Below the pieces are notes generated by a model. That model saw nothing but the letters and a program-made list of their open reading frames with translations. It was not told where the DNA came from and made no database searches. Of a stretch of 64,000 nt of DNA, positions 50,407-64,000 are shown one piece after another (the first letter of the stretch is position 1; each line of letters begins with the position of its first letter). The stretch spans positions 1 to 64,000 of the forward strand of contig RBZT01000594.1 in assembly GCA_003693705.1 (NCBI GenBank), given 5' to 3'. The position numbers and the translations under genes are program-made. Source of the DNA: Polymyxa betae A26-41. Its lineage: Eukaryota; Protista; Endomyxa: Phytomyxea.

Positions 50407-51273
50407 TCAGATCCAGTTGTTCGTCCATAGCAGGAATATTATGCCTACTGTGGCCACAGTCAACAGCACGAGGTAGAGGTAGCACTTCCTTCTCCTTGCC
50501 TGTCGCGAATATATCACCGCCTTGTCGACGTTAACGCGACCAGCTTCGGCACGTTCTGCAGCCATGACAACATTCTCTTCGATGATATTCAAGTCTTCCT
50601 GTTGCTCGTCGACGAGCAGCTTCAAATCAACGAATAATTCTTGAATATCGCGGATTCCGTCATGGATGGCTTGCATTCCCTGCCGTTGCCTTTCCATATC
50701 TTCTACCGTCAATAGCAGCTGGCTATTTCGTTCCAGCGCCGACTGGAATGCATCGGTTTTCTTACCGTTCAAAACCTGCTGCATTTGGGTCTCGCTAATG
50801 CCGGCGTTGATTATACGAGCCTGTCTCTCTACTTGCTGTTTGAGAACGTCGCGGAAATGCTCAGAAACATGTCCGAACTCGATCATCGCTTCTCGAAATC
50901 TCGTCTGATTCGTTCGAAATTTGTTCCTCTTAATTTGAGCCACTGTTGGTCCAGGATTGGAATTCGCTTCCAATGCGGTTATTTTTGCCTCTTCTTTGTC
51001 CAGCCATGTTTTCATTTTCAACGCGGCCGTTCTCGTTTTTGCCATAATGGTATCCAGCTGTCTTGAAGTCTGGGCGCTTGAGGCTTGGCCTGCGCGCTGT
51101 TCTAAAACCTGAATAGCTTTCGTATTGCGGTAGATCAGATCGATTCCGCGCTGGAAAGCATCAGCATTGTCGCCAACCTCCGGGACATTTTTCAGTCGAT
51201 CGCGATCGATGTCCAGAGTGGCGGATCCGCGAAGACTCTCGAGACGATCACGAACAGAGTCATCAGGGTGCAT
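50407..51273 (-). CDS. Syntaxin (Qa-SNARE), intronless
   Basis: Habc helices, SNARE motif IRDIQELFVDLKLLVDEQQEDLNIIEENV, C-terminal TM. Confidence 0.93.
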   Translation of the reverse strand: MHPDDSVRDRLESLRGSATLDIDRDRLKNVPEVGDNADAFQRGIDLIYRNTKAIQVLEQRAGQASSAQTSRQLDTIMAKTRTAALKMKTWLDKEEAKITALEANSNPGPTVAQIKRNKFRTNQTRFREAMIEFGHVSEHFRDVLKQQVERQARIINAGISETQMQQVLNGKKTDAFQSALERNSQLLLTVEDMERQRQGMQAIHDGIRDIQELFVDLKLLVDEQQEDLNIIEENVVMAAERAEAGRVNVDKAVIYSRQARRRKCYLYLVLLTVATVGIIFLLWTNNWI

Positions 51274-52077
51274 GATCTTGAAAACTGCTTACCGACTATG
51301 TCGCATAACAAAATGAGTCAAGCAGCATTTTTTGAGCAATGACTCATTGGATTATCTCAGTCATTCTACATTGAGAGGCTTGCAACGTCTGAAGTTCTTC
51401 TGTGCTCTCTGGACTGCTTACATGTGATGTTTCCTATATGTCTTAGCATGTCTTCCGAAAGCTCTTCCTGCTGATGCTTGGATGCGTTTGATGGGATTTG
51501 CAAACTCTGCTGTAAAGGCTCGTGACGAGGGCCTGCTCTTGGATTGTTGTGCATTAGAATTTGTACCCAGAACATTATGTATGGTGGAATCGTCAGTCGT
51601 CCACCGTCGTTTCAGCCGGCTATTATGCGAATAGCAGCACATTCTCATAACAATCGATTGACATTCCATTCATGCAGATTCATTCACAAATACAGACTTT
51701 GCAGCAATTAAGGTATCACGCATTCCATATCTGTTTGAAAGTCGAACGAAGCGCGGCTTCAGACGAATTTAGCAAAATCGTGGCTTCAAAACGTGAAGCG
51801 CCTTCATATAAGCTTCACTTATTATGCGTGCTGTTCTATTCGTTTTTTTATTGCTGCAAGAATACTTCGCGTTGAGTTTTCTGTGGAGACGCAGAAAAGC
51901 ATCAGCTCAAAACTGCACGTTTAACATTCTAATATCTAAGCCGATAAATCAATTTTTTGAAACGTCAGCTTAGATTGCAGCGACGGGAGATAACCTGGGG
52001 TTGCCGCACATTAGCGACATTTTAAAAAGGAACTTCTGTTGCGCATACTGTATTCTAACGGATTTTTCTGTGAAAAG

Positions 52078-52125
52078 AATCTGCGCGTGAATCTGCGCGA
52101 GATTTTGCGAGATAATCTGCGTGAG
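52078..52125 (+). repeat. Imperfect 12-bp x4 repeat upstream of the RdRP gene
   Basis: aatctgcgcgtg aatctgcgcgag attttgcgagat aatctgcgtgag. Confidence 0.7.
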
Positions 52126-52234
52126 CTTATGATAGCATGGACCATGTTCATGGTATAATGGGATGCCTCATCTCCCTGGGCCTCCTGAAGCCGGGGTCCG
52201 TGTCGGCAGACGATAGTCGTCATTACGCAAATCG

Positions 52235-55200
52235 ATGGGGCGCCGTCGTCGCTATCGTTCCAGGGAGACGTTGGACCAGCTGGAACTCGAGCAGCTGATT
52301 GAGTCGCGTAAAGCGGCATATTTAGACAAAAAGCTCGGCAAGGAGCACGTCGAGCAGATCGAAGCTAGTAATGGACTGAAGGCTGCCGAGCGCGAAGTTA
52401 AGCTCGAATGTGCTGCCATCTTACGAAACATTCCGAAGAGCATGGCAGCCTCGGAGCTGGTTCAGACTTTAAGCCAGCGAGCTGGCTTTCAGGATGAAAT
52501 CATCAAGTGTAATATTCTGACTGAGAGCGGCAGCCATCATCGCTCCAACGGCAGCGCCCTAATCGTATTCAAAACCCCGACCGATTTTCAAAAGATTGCC
52601 GATTTATGCAAGCGAGGGTTTCGTATCCAAGGGCTTGAGGTTTCAATCAAGGAGAAGGCAAATTGGCAAAGAGGCGGTTCTCGTGGGGATTGCTCGAAAG
52701 TTTTCGCGGTCATCACAATGCATTTGTGTGCTGGTGATCGAGATCTGCAATCGTTGGAGCCTTCGGTTGTTCGTTGGTCCTGCTCTAGGGATGTATCATT
52801 GCAGGTAAAATATCAGGCTCTTGGTGTCTTTGAATGTTTAAGATTTTACAGATTAATCCTCGTAGCGTTCGCCAAATAGCTATTGAATTCAATAGCCAGT
52901 TTCGCATTGAATTTCCTCTAAAAAGCATTCGTCAATCGCGACTTCTGCAAAATGCAGAAGGTAGAGAAGTCTATCGATTTCGATTGGGAGGTCCTCCACA
53001 CGTTTTCGTCCGAGAATCAACCGATTCGCGTCATGCTTCTGGTATGCTTGCTAATATTCTTAGAGGCATGAAATCCGATAAGCGGGTCTGGGAGCTTGGC
53101 GGAGGCAATTCACGCGATCACAAATGGGAGCGTACAATTGATCCTAGCGGGTTTTCAGCCTTTGGGCACTGTCTGGTTTATGAGCTCATTCTTGGACAAT
53201 CTCCTTTCAACTTGAAGGAAGTGCTGTCGCAATTCTCGATTACACCACCGGTTGTTCCTGGTGCCGTTCCAGATCCCATTGAGACCGAAGCCTTCCTAAG
53301 TGATGGCAACTGGAGCGGTGGCTATGATCATGTTTTCGAGTCGCTTCCTTTCCCAATTCAGTATATGCTTCACGCCTGTATTGCTAGTCATAAGCTTTGC
53401 CTACGAAATCGGCAAGCTGCTCAAACGCTGTATGATGCTCTCACAAATCCGGATCTTCATCCGGAAAAAGCTGTGGAGGAGCTTGAGAATTGGTATTTCG
53501 ACGGGTATCCGACCAAATTTCACGAGTTGCTTGATCATCTTTCGGCAGCTGTTGAACCCGATGCCCAGCCAGAGCTTCTTGACAAAGACCCTCGCCGTAG
53601 TGCCTTAACGCGCCGAGTGCTAATTACGCCTCTCAGGATCTGCCCCCTTCCACTTGATGTTGATTCAAGTAACCGGGTTCTGCGATCCTTTTGGCGATAC
53701 CGCGACCGCTTCTTGCGTGTTAACTTCTGTGATGAGGACTTCGGCAACGTCATGCAAGTCGTGCGGTCGCCAGATGTCATGGAGCGTCGCATTCGGCACT
53801 TCGTTAGTGACGGAATTGTGATTGGCGGAAGGAAATTCGTTTTCCTGGCTTATTCGAACAGTCAGCTCCGAGAGCAGTCATGCTGGATGTATGATGAAGA
53901 TTATCGCGATGATGACGATGATGATGATTTCCCGTCTGCTGCCGAGATCCGAGAGTCGATTGGCGATTTGTCTCACATTTCGGTGGTTGGAAAGCATGCT
54001 GCCCGATTAGCGCAAGCATTCTCGTCTACCATTGCTGGTGTGAGAATGTTGGATTGGCAGTATCGAATGGTTGACGATGTTGAGCGGAATGGCTTCTGCT
54101 TCTCCGACGGATGTGGTGTTCTTTCATCTACTCTTGCTGAAAAGATTGCTGCTGAGCTTCGTCTTACCAACGTTCCCAGTGCATTTCAAATTCGATTCGC
54201 TGGCAGCAAAGGCATCGTTGGCGTCCGTCCTTACGGTGCTATCAACATTCCAGATGTGGACTTGGTTCTTCGTAAAAGCATGACGAAATTTGTCGCTAAT
54301 GAAGCGCATCGCGACTTGGAGATCTGCAACTATTCCAAGATTATGCCATGCTATCTCAACCGGCAAATCATCAATCTTCTTTCTTGTTTGGGAGTACCTG
54401 ATCGCTCGTTCCTGGATTTGGCTGATGCTATGCTCAAGTCGATGGATCATGCAATGTCGGATTACGATTCGTGCTGCGAAATGGTTCGTGATAACGCCCC
54501 GGGATCGATTGCCGACCGCATGCTTGATGCTGGGATCAAGCCTGAGAACGACCGCCATCTGTGGGAGCTGGTTCACGCTCTTCGTGATCGTCTTCTTATG
54601 GATGTTCAAACCAAAGCTCGCATCTTCGTGCATCAGGGCCTCACTCTTTATGGGTTGATGGACGAGACCGGCTTGTTGGAGCCAGATGAGGTCTTCTTGC
54701 AGCAATCGGATCCGCCCATGATGCTTCCGCCTGGAACTCGCGTAGCTGTGGGACGTTCGCCTTGTCTTCATCCCGGTGATATTCGAATTCTTCGCACATC
54801 TGACTGCCCAGAACTCTCAAATCTGTACGATGTGGTCGTCTTCTCTCAGCAAGGTGAACGTCCTCAGCCGAACATGATGTCGGGAGGAGATTTAGATGGA
54901 GATATTTATTTCATCATCTGGGATGAGACTTTGCTCCCGGCTGAAGAGTATCCTCCTATGGATTATGCTGCTCCTTCTCAGCAACCTGTCTCCGTCTCTG
55001 ATCAAGTCGATGTTACCCACATTCAAGACTTCTTTGTGAACTACATGAAGAACGACAATTTAGGTATCACTAAGAATCGATATTTTTTCAGTTCCATGAA
55101 TTAAGTTTCTTCAGGTCGAATTGCTAATGCTCATGTTGTCTTCGCCGATCGTGCTGAAGAAGGCGCCAAGTCCGCTGAATGCCTAATGTTAGCAGAGCTT

Positions 55201-55845
55201 CACTCAATTGCTGTCGATTTCGGCAAATCAGGTGTCCCAGCATTGTTACCGAAAGAACTATATCCGCATGCTTATCCCGATTTTATGGAGAAGGACACCA
55301 AACCATCTTACGACTCCAAGAAAGTTATCGGGAAAATCTACCGCAAAGCTCGAGGAAGACATTTCAAGCCGTTCCCTCCCCATGTCAATGGATTCGATCA
55401 GCGTTTCCTGGTCCCAGGTTACGAGGAATTTGTGGACAATGCAAAAGGCCTGTTTGTATCCTATAGCAACTCGCTCTGGGACATTGCTCAGCGATTCGAA
55501 TGTTACGACGAAGGCGAGCTGGTTAGCGGTTTCGTCCGCTCACTGACAAAGAAACTGGCCAGAACTCGTGATGTTACTGGAGTCGATTCTGTCCAGCAAC
55601 TAACGATGCAAGTCGAACACATGGTGGAAGGCTATCGAGAGGAATTCTGGATCGATTTAGACCGAGATATTACAAATCCTGAATCATATCAGCGCTCATT
55701 GGCCAAAGCATCGGCATGGTATTACGTCGCCTATTCCCAGCCATTCGCCGAAGATTATGACAAACCATTCCTAAGTTTCGCCTGGATAGCTGCACCGCAA
55801 TTGTGTGCTATTGTCCAATCTGCATTAGGCGACCGACAAGAATAA
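52235..55845 (+). CDS. Eukaryotic (RNAi) RNA-dependent RNA polymerase, RDR-alpha type with an N-terminal RRM-like domain; 2 introns
   Basis: SNRVLR, DRFLRVNFCDED, FLAYSNSQLRE, FSDGCG, PSAFQIRFAGSKG, RSPCLHPGDIR, catalytic SGGDLDGDIY, LHSIAVDFGKSG, KASAWYYV, FLSFAW. Confidence 0.97.
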
Positions 55846-56033
55846 AGACTCTCTCAACCCACAAAACCTGTGTTGAGTTAACCAACCAGATCCTACGCCT
55901 TTAATAAACAGCGAGCAATTATCCATATTTCTTGCAATAACAAATAATCTGATAGGGAGCGGATGGTCCGGAGAGTCAGCTGGCGCAACATCGACATCAC
56001 GTCTCTCTTTGTCTGTTTATCACATTAACGGAA

Positions 56034-56512
56034 ATGGCGTCTCCGCTCGGGCGGCTAATCGCCCAGATTCTGGTCGTCGGATCCGGGATCGTCTCAAAGG
56101 CCTTTATGCAAGCCTATGAACAGGCTCTCGCCAGTGAGATCGTTTGTTGTCTAATCTGCCTGTCCGCCTCTAACTGCTGCGATAGACGCTAGGAGACAAG
56201 GCGGGACTAAAGCAGCTGCTGCCAATCTGTCTCAGGCTTTATCCAGAAAAATCAAGCCAGAAGAAGCTCGTCTAGTTCTCAATGTTAAAGAGAGCGCTGA
56301 CAAAGAGGAAATCGAAAAGGTCAAAACGTCACTTGGCGTCACTGCATTTTGTCTCATCGCAATTTTAGGCATTTAAAGCCTTGTTCGATGCCAACGATGT
56401 CAAGAACGGAGGATCCCTCTATCTGCAGTCCAAAGTATACAGGGCTCATGAATGTCTCAGCAGCCTAATCCAATCATCAACTGAAGAGACTCTGAAAAAG
56501 AAACCAATATAA
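56034..56512 (+). CDS. PAM16: Mitochondrial import motor subunit Pam16/Tim16 (2 introns; not in ORF track)
   Basis: Spliced MASPLGRLIAQILVVGSGIVSKAFMQAYEQAL..EEARLVLNV..LFDANDVKNGGSLYLQSKVYRAHECL. Confidence 0.93.
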
Positions 56513-56721
56513 TACAAAGTTCACATTCCCTTATTAACCCTAACCTCGTTTATTTCAATAATCGATTGGGCTGGTCGTTCGTTCTTTCCGTTGCAATCGT
56601 CTTATCTGATTCTTCCCGGTCTAAAAAAAAATTGCGCTGTTTTGTTTGGCTTGACCGGCTGTGAAACGTAAGTCAAGAACGCCGGCAGCCCTTTGTCTCC
56701 ATTTCTCAAATCGTTCATGAG

Positions 56722-58887
<2,166 letters not shown>

Positions 58888-59528
58888 TTAATGAAGTGTC
58901 AATGTACGAGAGATGCCTTTCTTCTGTCAGGTTTTGCATTGGACTTTCGCTTATAATTCAACAGCCGCCTTCATACGCCAAAAACTTTCTTATTATTAGG
59001 GATCGCTATAGCTGCAATCTCTTGTTCTGAATGCTTCCCTATTGCTCTATGTATAAAAATGAATCTCGCTTTGTCCAACGATTATTGTTGCCACCACCAA
59101 ATCCTCACAATCTGCTGTTGATATATGCTATTATCTTGTTTCTGGTATCTTCAGGAGCCTATTACGACGCATTCTGTCTTGGTAATGCATCTGTACTTAA
59201 ACTTTTCATTTCTCTACCGTCGGTCCATATTCAGTTCTGAGCTTTATTTCGTCACCACCAGGTTTCGTGACGACGATGTTTGCTGTTGGGAAAGTGCCCA
59301 AGCCATTCTAGATAGTTATATTTTGCAATCAGAAAGGTCCCGAGTTCATGACCAAGTATGGAGCGCTTTGATGGTTTCTTAGTTGGCGCTCTCTTTCTTT
59401 ATAGACTAACTGAGAAGGTCAATCTCTCAGTGGTTTCTTCAGTGGTTTTTTATGGATGGTTCCTCTGACAGCTAATGCCAACATAAGATCAATGAAAGCC
59501 AACAATCCCGTGACGATGGTGCATTCCG

Positions 59529-60398
59529 ATGAGTGAAATATCTCAAGACGACTGTTGCCAGCATATAAAGGATCAACTGAATACCTCTGTAAGCTCACAG
59601 CAATTAGACGATGTCAAAGCACGGGTCGATGAATGCCTAATAGCAGACTCTCTGACCGACATCTTCACTCTAATGAAAGAGCCGAATTTATTCGTATTCG
59701 TATACTGTAGCTTCTATCACGTTATTCAATGCTCGTGCATTGAAAGACTGCAAAGTCGAAAGTGTCAATCTAAGGCAGAGCATCATTCAGGAAGCATCTC
59801 GAGATTTTGTAGCTTTCTAAAGGAAATCGTGTTCTTGAGATTTTCTCGCCAACGATCGAATCCGTACATATGCATGGGCGAATCGTTTAGAAACCCAACG
59901 ACAGCCTCCACACGCAGACGATCGTACTCCCTAGCCGGCGATGCAATTGCCATTGCCCTGTCTGACGACCTACGAAATACTTTCTCTAGACGCCTGAAAG
60001 ATTACATCCGTGAATCCGAGCCAATATCACCTCGGCTCGTATTTGCAGGTCCCGAGTTCTTCGACCATGAATTAGAATTCGTTTTTAATCCATTCACAGT
60101 TTCCGAAAAAGTTGTCACATTCTTCTATTCGATCTGCAGGGGATCGAAAACTGAACGAATCGGTCCAAGACAGTTCCTGGGAGCGCTTCGTCGCCATCGA
60201 ATCGTCGGCGAACGCCCCTGCCCGGTTTCTGTCAACGAGGCCGACCTGGCCTTCATCCGAGCTCGGAACCCTCTGCGAACGACATTGAACGTGGACGCCT
60301 TCGAGCGCGCCCTGGCTGACATCGCCAAGCATGCCTTCTTTGACGACCCGTATCCGCTGGCGAAATTGTTCACACTTATTGATTTTGAACGAGTTTAA
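59529..60398 (+). CDS. Protein with a C-terminal p25alpha/TPPP-like domain; 5' end uncertain
   Basis: FLGALRRHRIV..EADLAFIRAR..LNVDAFERALADIA resembles the p25alpha motif (D+IF..vk....I.F..F..AL..IA). Confidence 0.5.
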   Translation: MSEISQDDCCQHIKDQLNTSVSSQQLDDVKARVDECLIADSLTDIFTLMKEPNLFVFVYCSFYHVIQCSCIERLQSRKCQSKAEHHSGSISRFCSFLKEIVFLRFSRQRSNPYICMGESFRNPTTASTRRRSYSLAGDAIAIALSDDLRNTFSRRLKDYIRESEPISPRLVFAGPEFFDHELEFVFNPFTVSEKVVTFFYSICRGSKTERIGPRQFLGALRRHRIVGERPCPVSVNEADLAFIRARNPLRTTLNVDAFERALADIAKHAFFDDPYPLAKLFTLIDFERV

Positions 60399-60708
60399 TG
60401 AAGGTGCAGATTGTATGTAATAAGGAAAAGTGCGAGCCCACTTTTTTTGAACACTGCGCACTTATTGTAAAGATAGAACGCAACTTTTATTCGATTGCTC
60501 TTGTCGTTCTGGTTTCGCCGACGCCATTTTCTCGAGCGTCGGCTTAGCTAGGTTGGTCAATACGTCGGCCGTCAATTTCAACACACACCTGGTCGTTCAC
60601 TTGTCAAGTGTATGAATTGACGTCCCGGTGGAGGGCAGCCGACAACTTCTGATCTTCTCAAATTTGCTTAACTGTCGCCTTAATAGATTGTTTATTTTCG
60701 ATATCTAT

Positions 60709-62190
60709 CTAGATAGCAGGGTCAGCGATTTGACGAGCGAACTTGAAATCGTGCCAGTCGAAGTCGCTGGGGACGTAATGCAGCAGAAGGCTGGAGAACT
60801 CGCGTCCCGAGGTCGGCATCGGATCCCTCCAATGAATATGTCGACGGCCACGAAACAGCACAGCATCGCCATCTCTCAGGACGATCTTCACCGATTCGGC
60901 TCTGGGCGGCAGCGCCTGCCATCCCGCCTTCTCTTGCTCTTGTCTGATCGTATGAACCCAGATAGGCCAGGCGCCACCTCCTCCATTATCATCATAATGC
61001 ATCTGTATAGAGACCGTCCACTCATTATCTTCACGATCTGTATGAGGCTTCAATACAGGGCGGCCTCCTCCTTCTACAACTCGATGCCAACATAGAAATG
61101 AATAGACATGTTTGATAGATTGATCAGCGATCTGGTTCAAGACGCCTGTTAATCGCTGTCCTAACCAATGACTAACTCGATCATTATAGGTGATGGTTCT
61201 GCTCAGTTCCGGATCGTAATTCGTCACGATGCCGTCGCGGATCAGGTCGGCGTAGAATTCCTGAATCTGTCGTACTTCCCAGGGCGTCACAAACCCGCGA
61301 AGCACCACGAAATCCAGGTCGATCAGCGTCCGCCGCGCCGTCTCCAGGTTGGCGAACCCTCCGGCCACATCGACATCGGCGCCGAACCAGGACGACGACG
61401 GCCGCAGGAATTCGCGCCCATCGCTGCCATTACGACGTTGGCGGAACGCCTCGAACAGGTCGCGGAAGGCGATCAGCTTCCGCAGCCGGGCGGCGTACTG
61501 GTCCGGCTCCAGGTCCGGGTCGGTGTGGTCGTAGACGCGATCGTAAAAGTTCTCGTGGACATCGCCATCGGCCAGCTCGCGGGCCGCATAGAAACTCGCC
61601 TATCAAAGCGAACAATCAGCAACGACGACGTCGGGTGAAAGGGCGGCGGCGTACTTTGGCACGATCGAGGGCGCCGCCGAACTCGTCAATGTAGCCCAGG
61701 TAGAGATCGGCTCGAGCCGAGCACGAGCTGACACCGCGCACTCCATGCAGCAGGTCGGCGGCGTCGTCGTCGCGTCCCATCACGAACTGGAGCACGGCCT
61801 GGGCCAGTACGGGTTCGCAGGCGTCCGGCGCCAGTCGCGCCTGCCAACACGCACAGCAATCTCAGATTTCCGGGGCCAGTACGACACACACGACGACCGT
61901 ACCGCTTCCTGGAAGTAGCCGACGGCAGTCTGGGCCTGGGTCGGTAATGCTGGCCCCGAGGTCGAATTGATGGAATCGAGGGCGTAGAGCCGCCCCAGCT
62001 GCATGGCGGCGTCGTAATCGGTGGCGCTGATCGCCTGCAGATGATGAACGTAGTCGAGGTTGGGTCGGGCGCCATCGCTTCTCCATCCGTAGTAGAAGGA
62101 GGCGGCGATGGCGATCACGGCGACCACGGCCGGCGTCGTCTGGCACCAGCGACGGCTGGATGACGCCGGGGTCTTGACTGCAACCGACAT
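60709..62190 (-). CDS. Membrane-anchored TPR-like + 2OG-Fe(II) oxygenase protein (2 introns)
   Basis: TM VVAVIAIAASFYYGW; TPR-like helices; oxygenase LKPHTDREDNEWTVSIQ..WPIWV..GDAVLFRGRRHIHWRDP..LLHYV (HxD...H). Confidence 0.8.
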
Positions 62191-62466
62191 TGAGCTGGCT
62201 GCTGGAGACCGTCCTCCTGTGAAGGAAATGCTGCACTCTGGTACTGCCTATCGCGGTCGTACTGCTCCCTGTCGCATCATTCCGAATGCAATCCGCCCGG
62301 TATCCACCATGTCCGAGATGCTGCTATGATCATGCAGCTGTTCTATTACACTAAAATCGTATCTTAACAATGTGTTATGTTTTAATATTCGTGATGTTTG
62401 TGTATTGAGATTTCAACTTGTTGCGCCACGCAATCCATCGTCGTTGTTATCGTTGTTGTCGTCGCC

Positions 62467-62952
62467 ATGACCAGGTCGGTCGCGAGCTCAGCCACTGTTG
62501 GCGTCGTCGTCTGATTTGGGTTTCGTAGTCGCCCGGAGGTCGCCAACGCCGTCGAAGAGAAGGAGGAGGACTTCTCGGTCGGGCCGCTCTCTGTCCTGAA
62601 TCAGTCCATGATCAATAACACCCAGGTCGGCGATCTGCTCATTAACGATGGATTCCGTTCTAATGCCAATTTCAGGTTTTAATCAACCTGCGTAATAATC
62701 ACAAGCTGCTTGGTCGTGTCAAGGCATTCGATCGTCATTGTAACATGGTCTTAGAACAGGTCGTTCTCGTCGCCTTCCATCCGAACTGGATCTGACCTCG
62801 ATTCTGTGTGTTTTTAGGTGCAAGAAATGTGGACGGAACAGGGTAAGCCTGGGAAAGGAAAGAAATCACGTCCGGTTGCCAAAGATCGCTTCATCAGTAA
62901 GATGTTCCTACGAGGCGATTCCGTTGTCATTGTTCTTCGTAACCCTGTTTAA
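62467..62952 (+). CDS. SNRPD2: snRNP core protein Sm D2 (3 introns; not in ORF track)
   Basis: [65 protein letters not shown]. Confidence 0.97.
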
Positions 62953-62959
62953 ATTTCTA

Positions 62960-64000
62960 TCTAAAGATTGACAATAAATTCCATATTGAATCGAAGCCTG
63001 AATTCGGCGGTTCGAACGAGTTGAAATGCACCTTCTATTCCGAATGATATTCTTGATCTGTAGAAGATGCTCTACAGCATTGTCAAATTCACATCGTATT
63101 CGGCAGTTATACAAATATCAGCGGTCTGTTTTGAAATCTTTCTCTCGCTTGACATAATCGCAATGATACAGATATGCAGATGATGGGCCATTCACAGACC
63201 CCTTGAGCAGGCGTCCATTCTAACTTGACATTCATTGAGCGTAAGATTGGCTTTCTGCATGATTTCTCGAACTCGACCTTGGCAAGCGACAGCAACCAGC
63301 GACATCGGTGATTGAGATCAAGAGTCTTAAAGCCCCATCAATCACAGAGGGCCTCCGTCTACCCGCTCGATCCAATGCCTCCAGATTCTCGAGGTCAGCA
63401 TCAAGCTGATTGAAACAAATCTCAAGAGTAGCCATGAAAGCCTCACCATATATTTGATTGGATGCAGCTCTGGCAACATCCAATCCGCAAGAACGATCTC
63501 CAACAAAACAATTTCTGTTTTTTTCTTCATTCGTTGACCAGATATCCTGAGTCCCCTGCGGATGAAGGATAAACAGGAAACAGGCTTGATGTATACTGCA
63601 TGGGTACTTCTAATGGCGGTCTCGATGATTATACTCGATCGCCGCGAACACGGAGGCTGCCGTTCTCGACCGAACGTTTGGTGGTGGACTCTGGACTCTG
63701 TAAACTAGAGCTGACAGCAACAAAGAGATGATCAATCTGGTGGTTAAAACTGCCGAAAAGTACAGCAATGAGGGCCATCTCAGAGGTGTGCGGCGCTGGC
63801 TTGACGTAATTGTGCCAGAATCTGGTCTTGTTTAGCTTCAGCAGGCGCCCGAAAGATCATTTCCGCATCCAGGTTGTGTCGTGCTCGACATCGCATTGAA
63901 TAAGGCCTTGACTTTGAGAAAAGAGTTTCGAGCCTTGGCTAAATGTGTCTTTAGCTTGTCCGAAGCCTCAATCATGTGTGAAATCTGATCGATAGATAAC
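62960..64000 (-). CDS. Partial hypothetical gene running off the window end
   Basis: Protein-like minus-strand segments (e.g. EAFMATLEICFNQLDADLENLEAL; IEASDKLKTHLAKARNSF) separated by probable introns; unidentified. Confidence 0.4.

Noticed and set aside
52078-52125. Short repeats as a possible CRISPR array
   Set aside because: 12-bp adjacent units with no spacers, no cas genes and a eukaryotic context.
54124-54771. 215-aa minus-strand ORF inside the RdRP
   Set aside because: Antisense shadow ORF.
52834-55104. RdRP as an integrated RNA virus
   Set aside because: It has the cellular double-psi-barrel DLDGD motif and spliceosomal introns, not viral palm GDD motifs.

Overview
This is a compact, intron-rich eukaryotic nuclear region, not a prokaryotic one. 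It has about 35 protein-coding genes, intergenic spacers of mostly 100-900 bp, and many short (~45-60 nt) GT-AG introns with weak donor consensus, so the ORF track splits most genes. Gene content (CDPK, FHA-parvulin, RDR-type RdRP, kinesin-6), intron size and moderate GC fit a protist, possibly a phytomyxid/plasmodiophorid (inference only). Recognisable genes are a BSD protein, GT61, TRAPPC10/Trs130, an HhH glycosylase-like protein, FHA-parvulin, a Tim17-family protein, kinesin-6, Rad1, a GT47-like enzyme, epsin, an auxilin-like J protein, an actin-related protein, RPL7A, Nop16, PP4c, an RRM protein, POLR3C, two C2H2 zinc-finger proteins, a PH protein, CDPK, syntaxin, RdRP, Pam16, LCB2, a p25alpha-like protein, a TPR/2OG-Fe(II) oxygenase and SmD2. 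A decayed IS630/Tc1/mariner-type transposase remnant lies next to an assembly gap at the left end. The most unusual signal is a dispersed 10-mer, GTACTGGNCC, seen 12 times on both strands, in several reading frames, in introns and in a leader region, mostly in GC-rich patches of compositionally mosaic genes. Other leads are intronless secreted orphan proteins, a structured-RNA candidate downstream of RPL7A, microexons and HGT candidates. Gene boundaries were spliced by eye and are approximate where stated.
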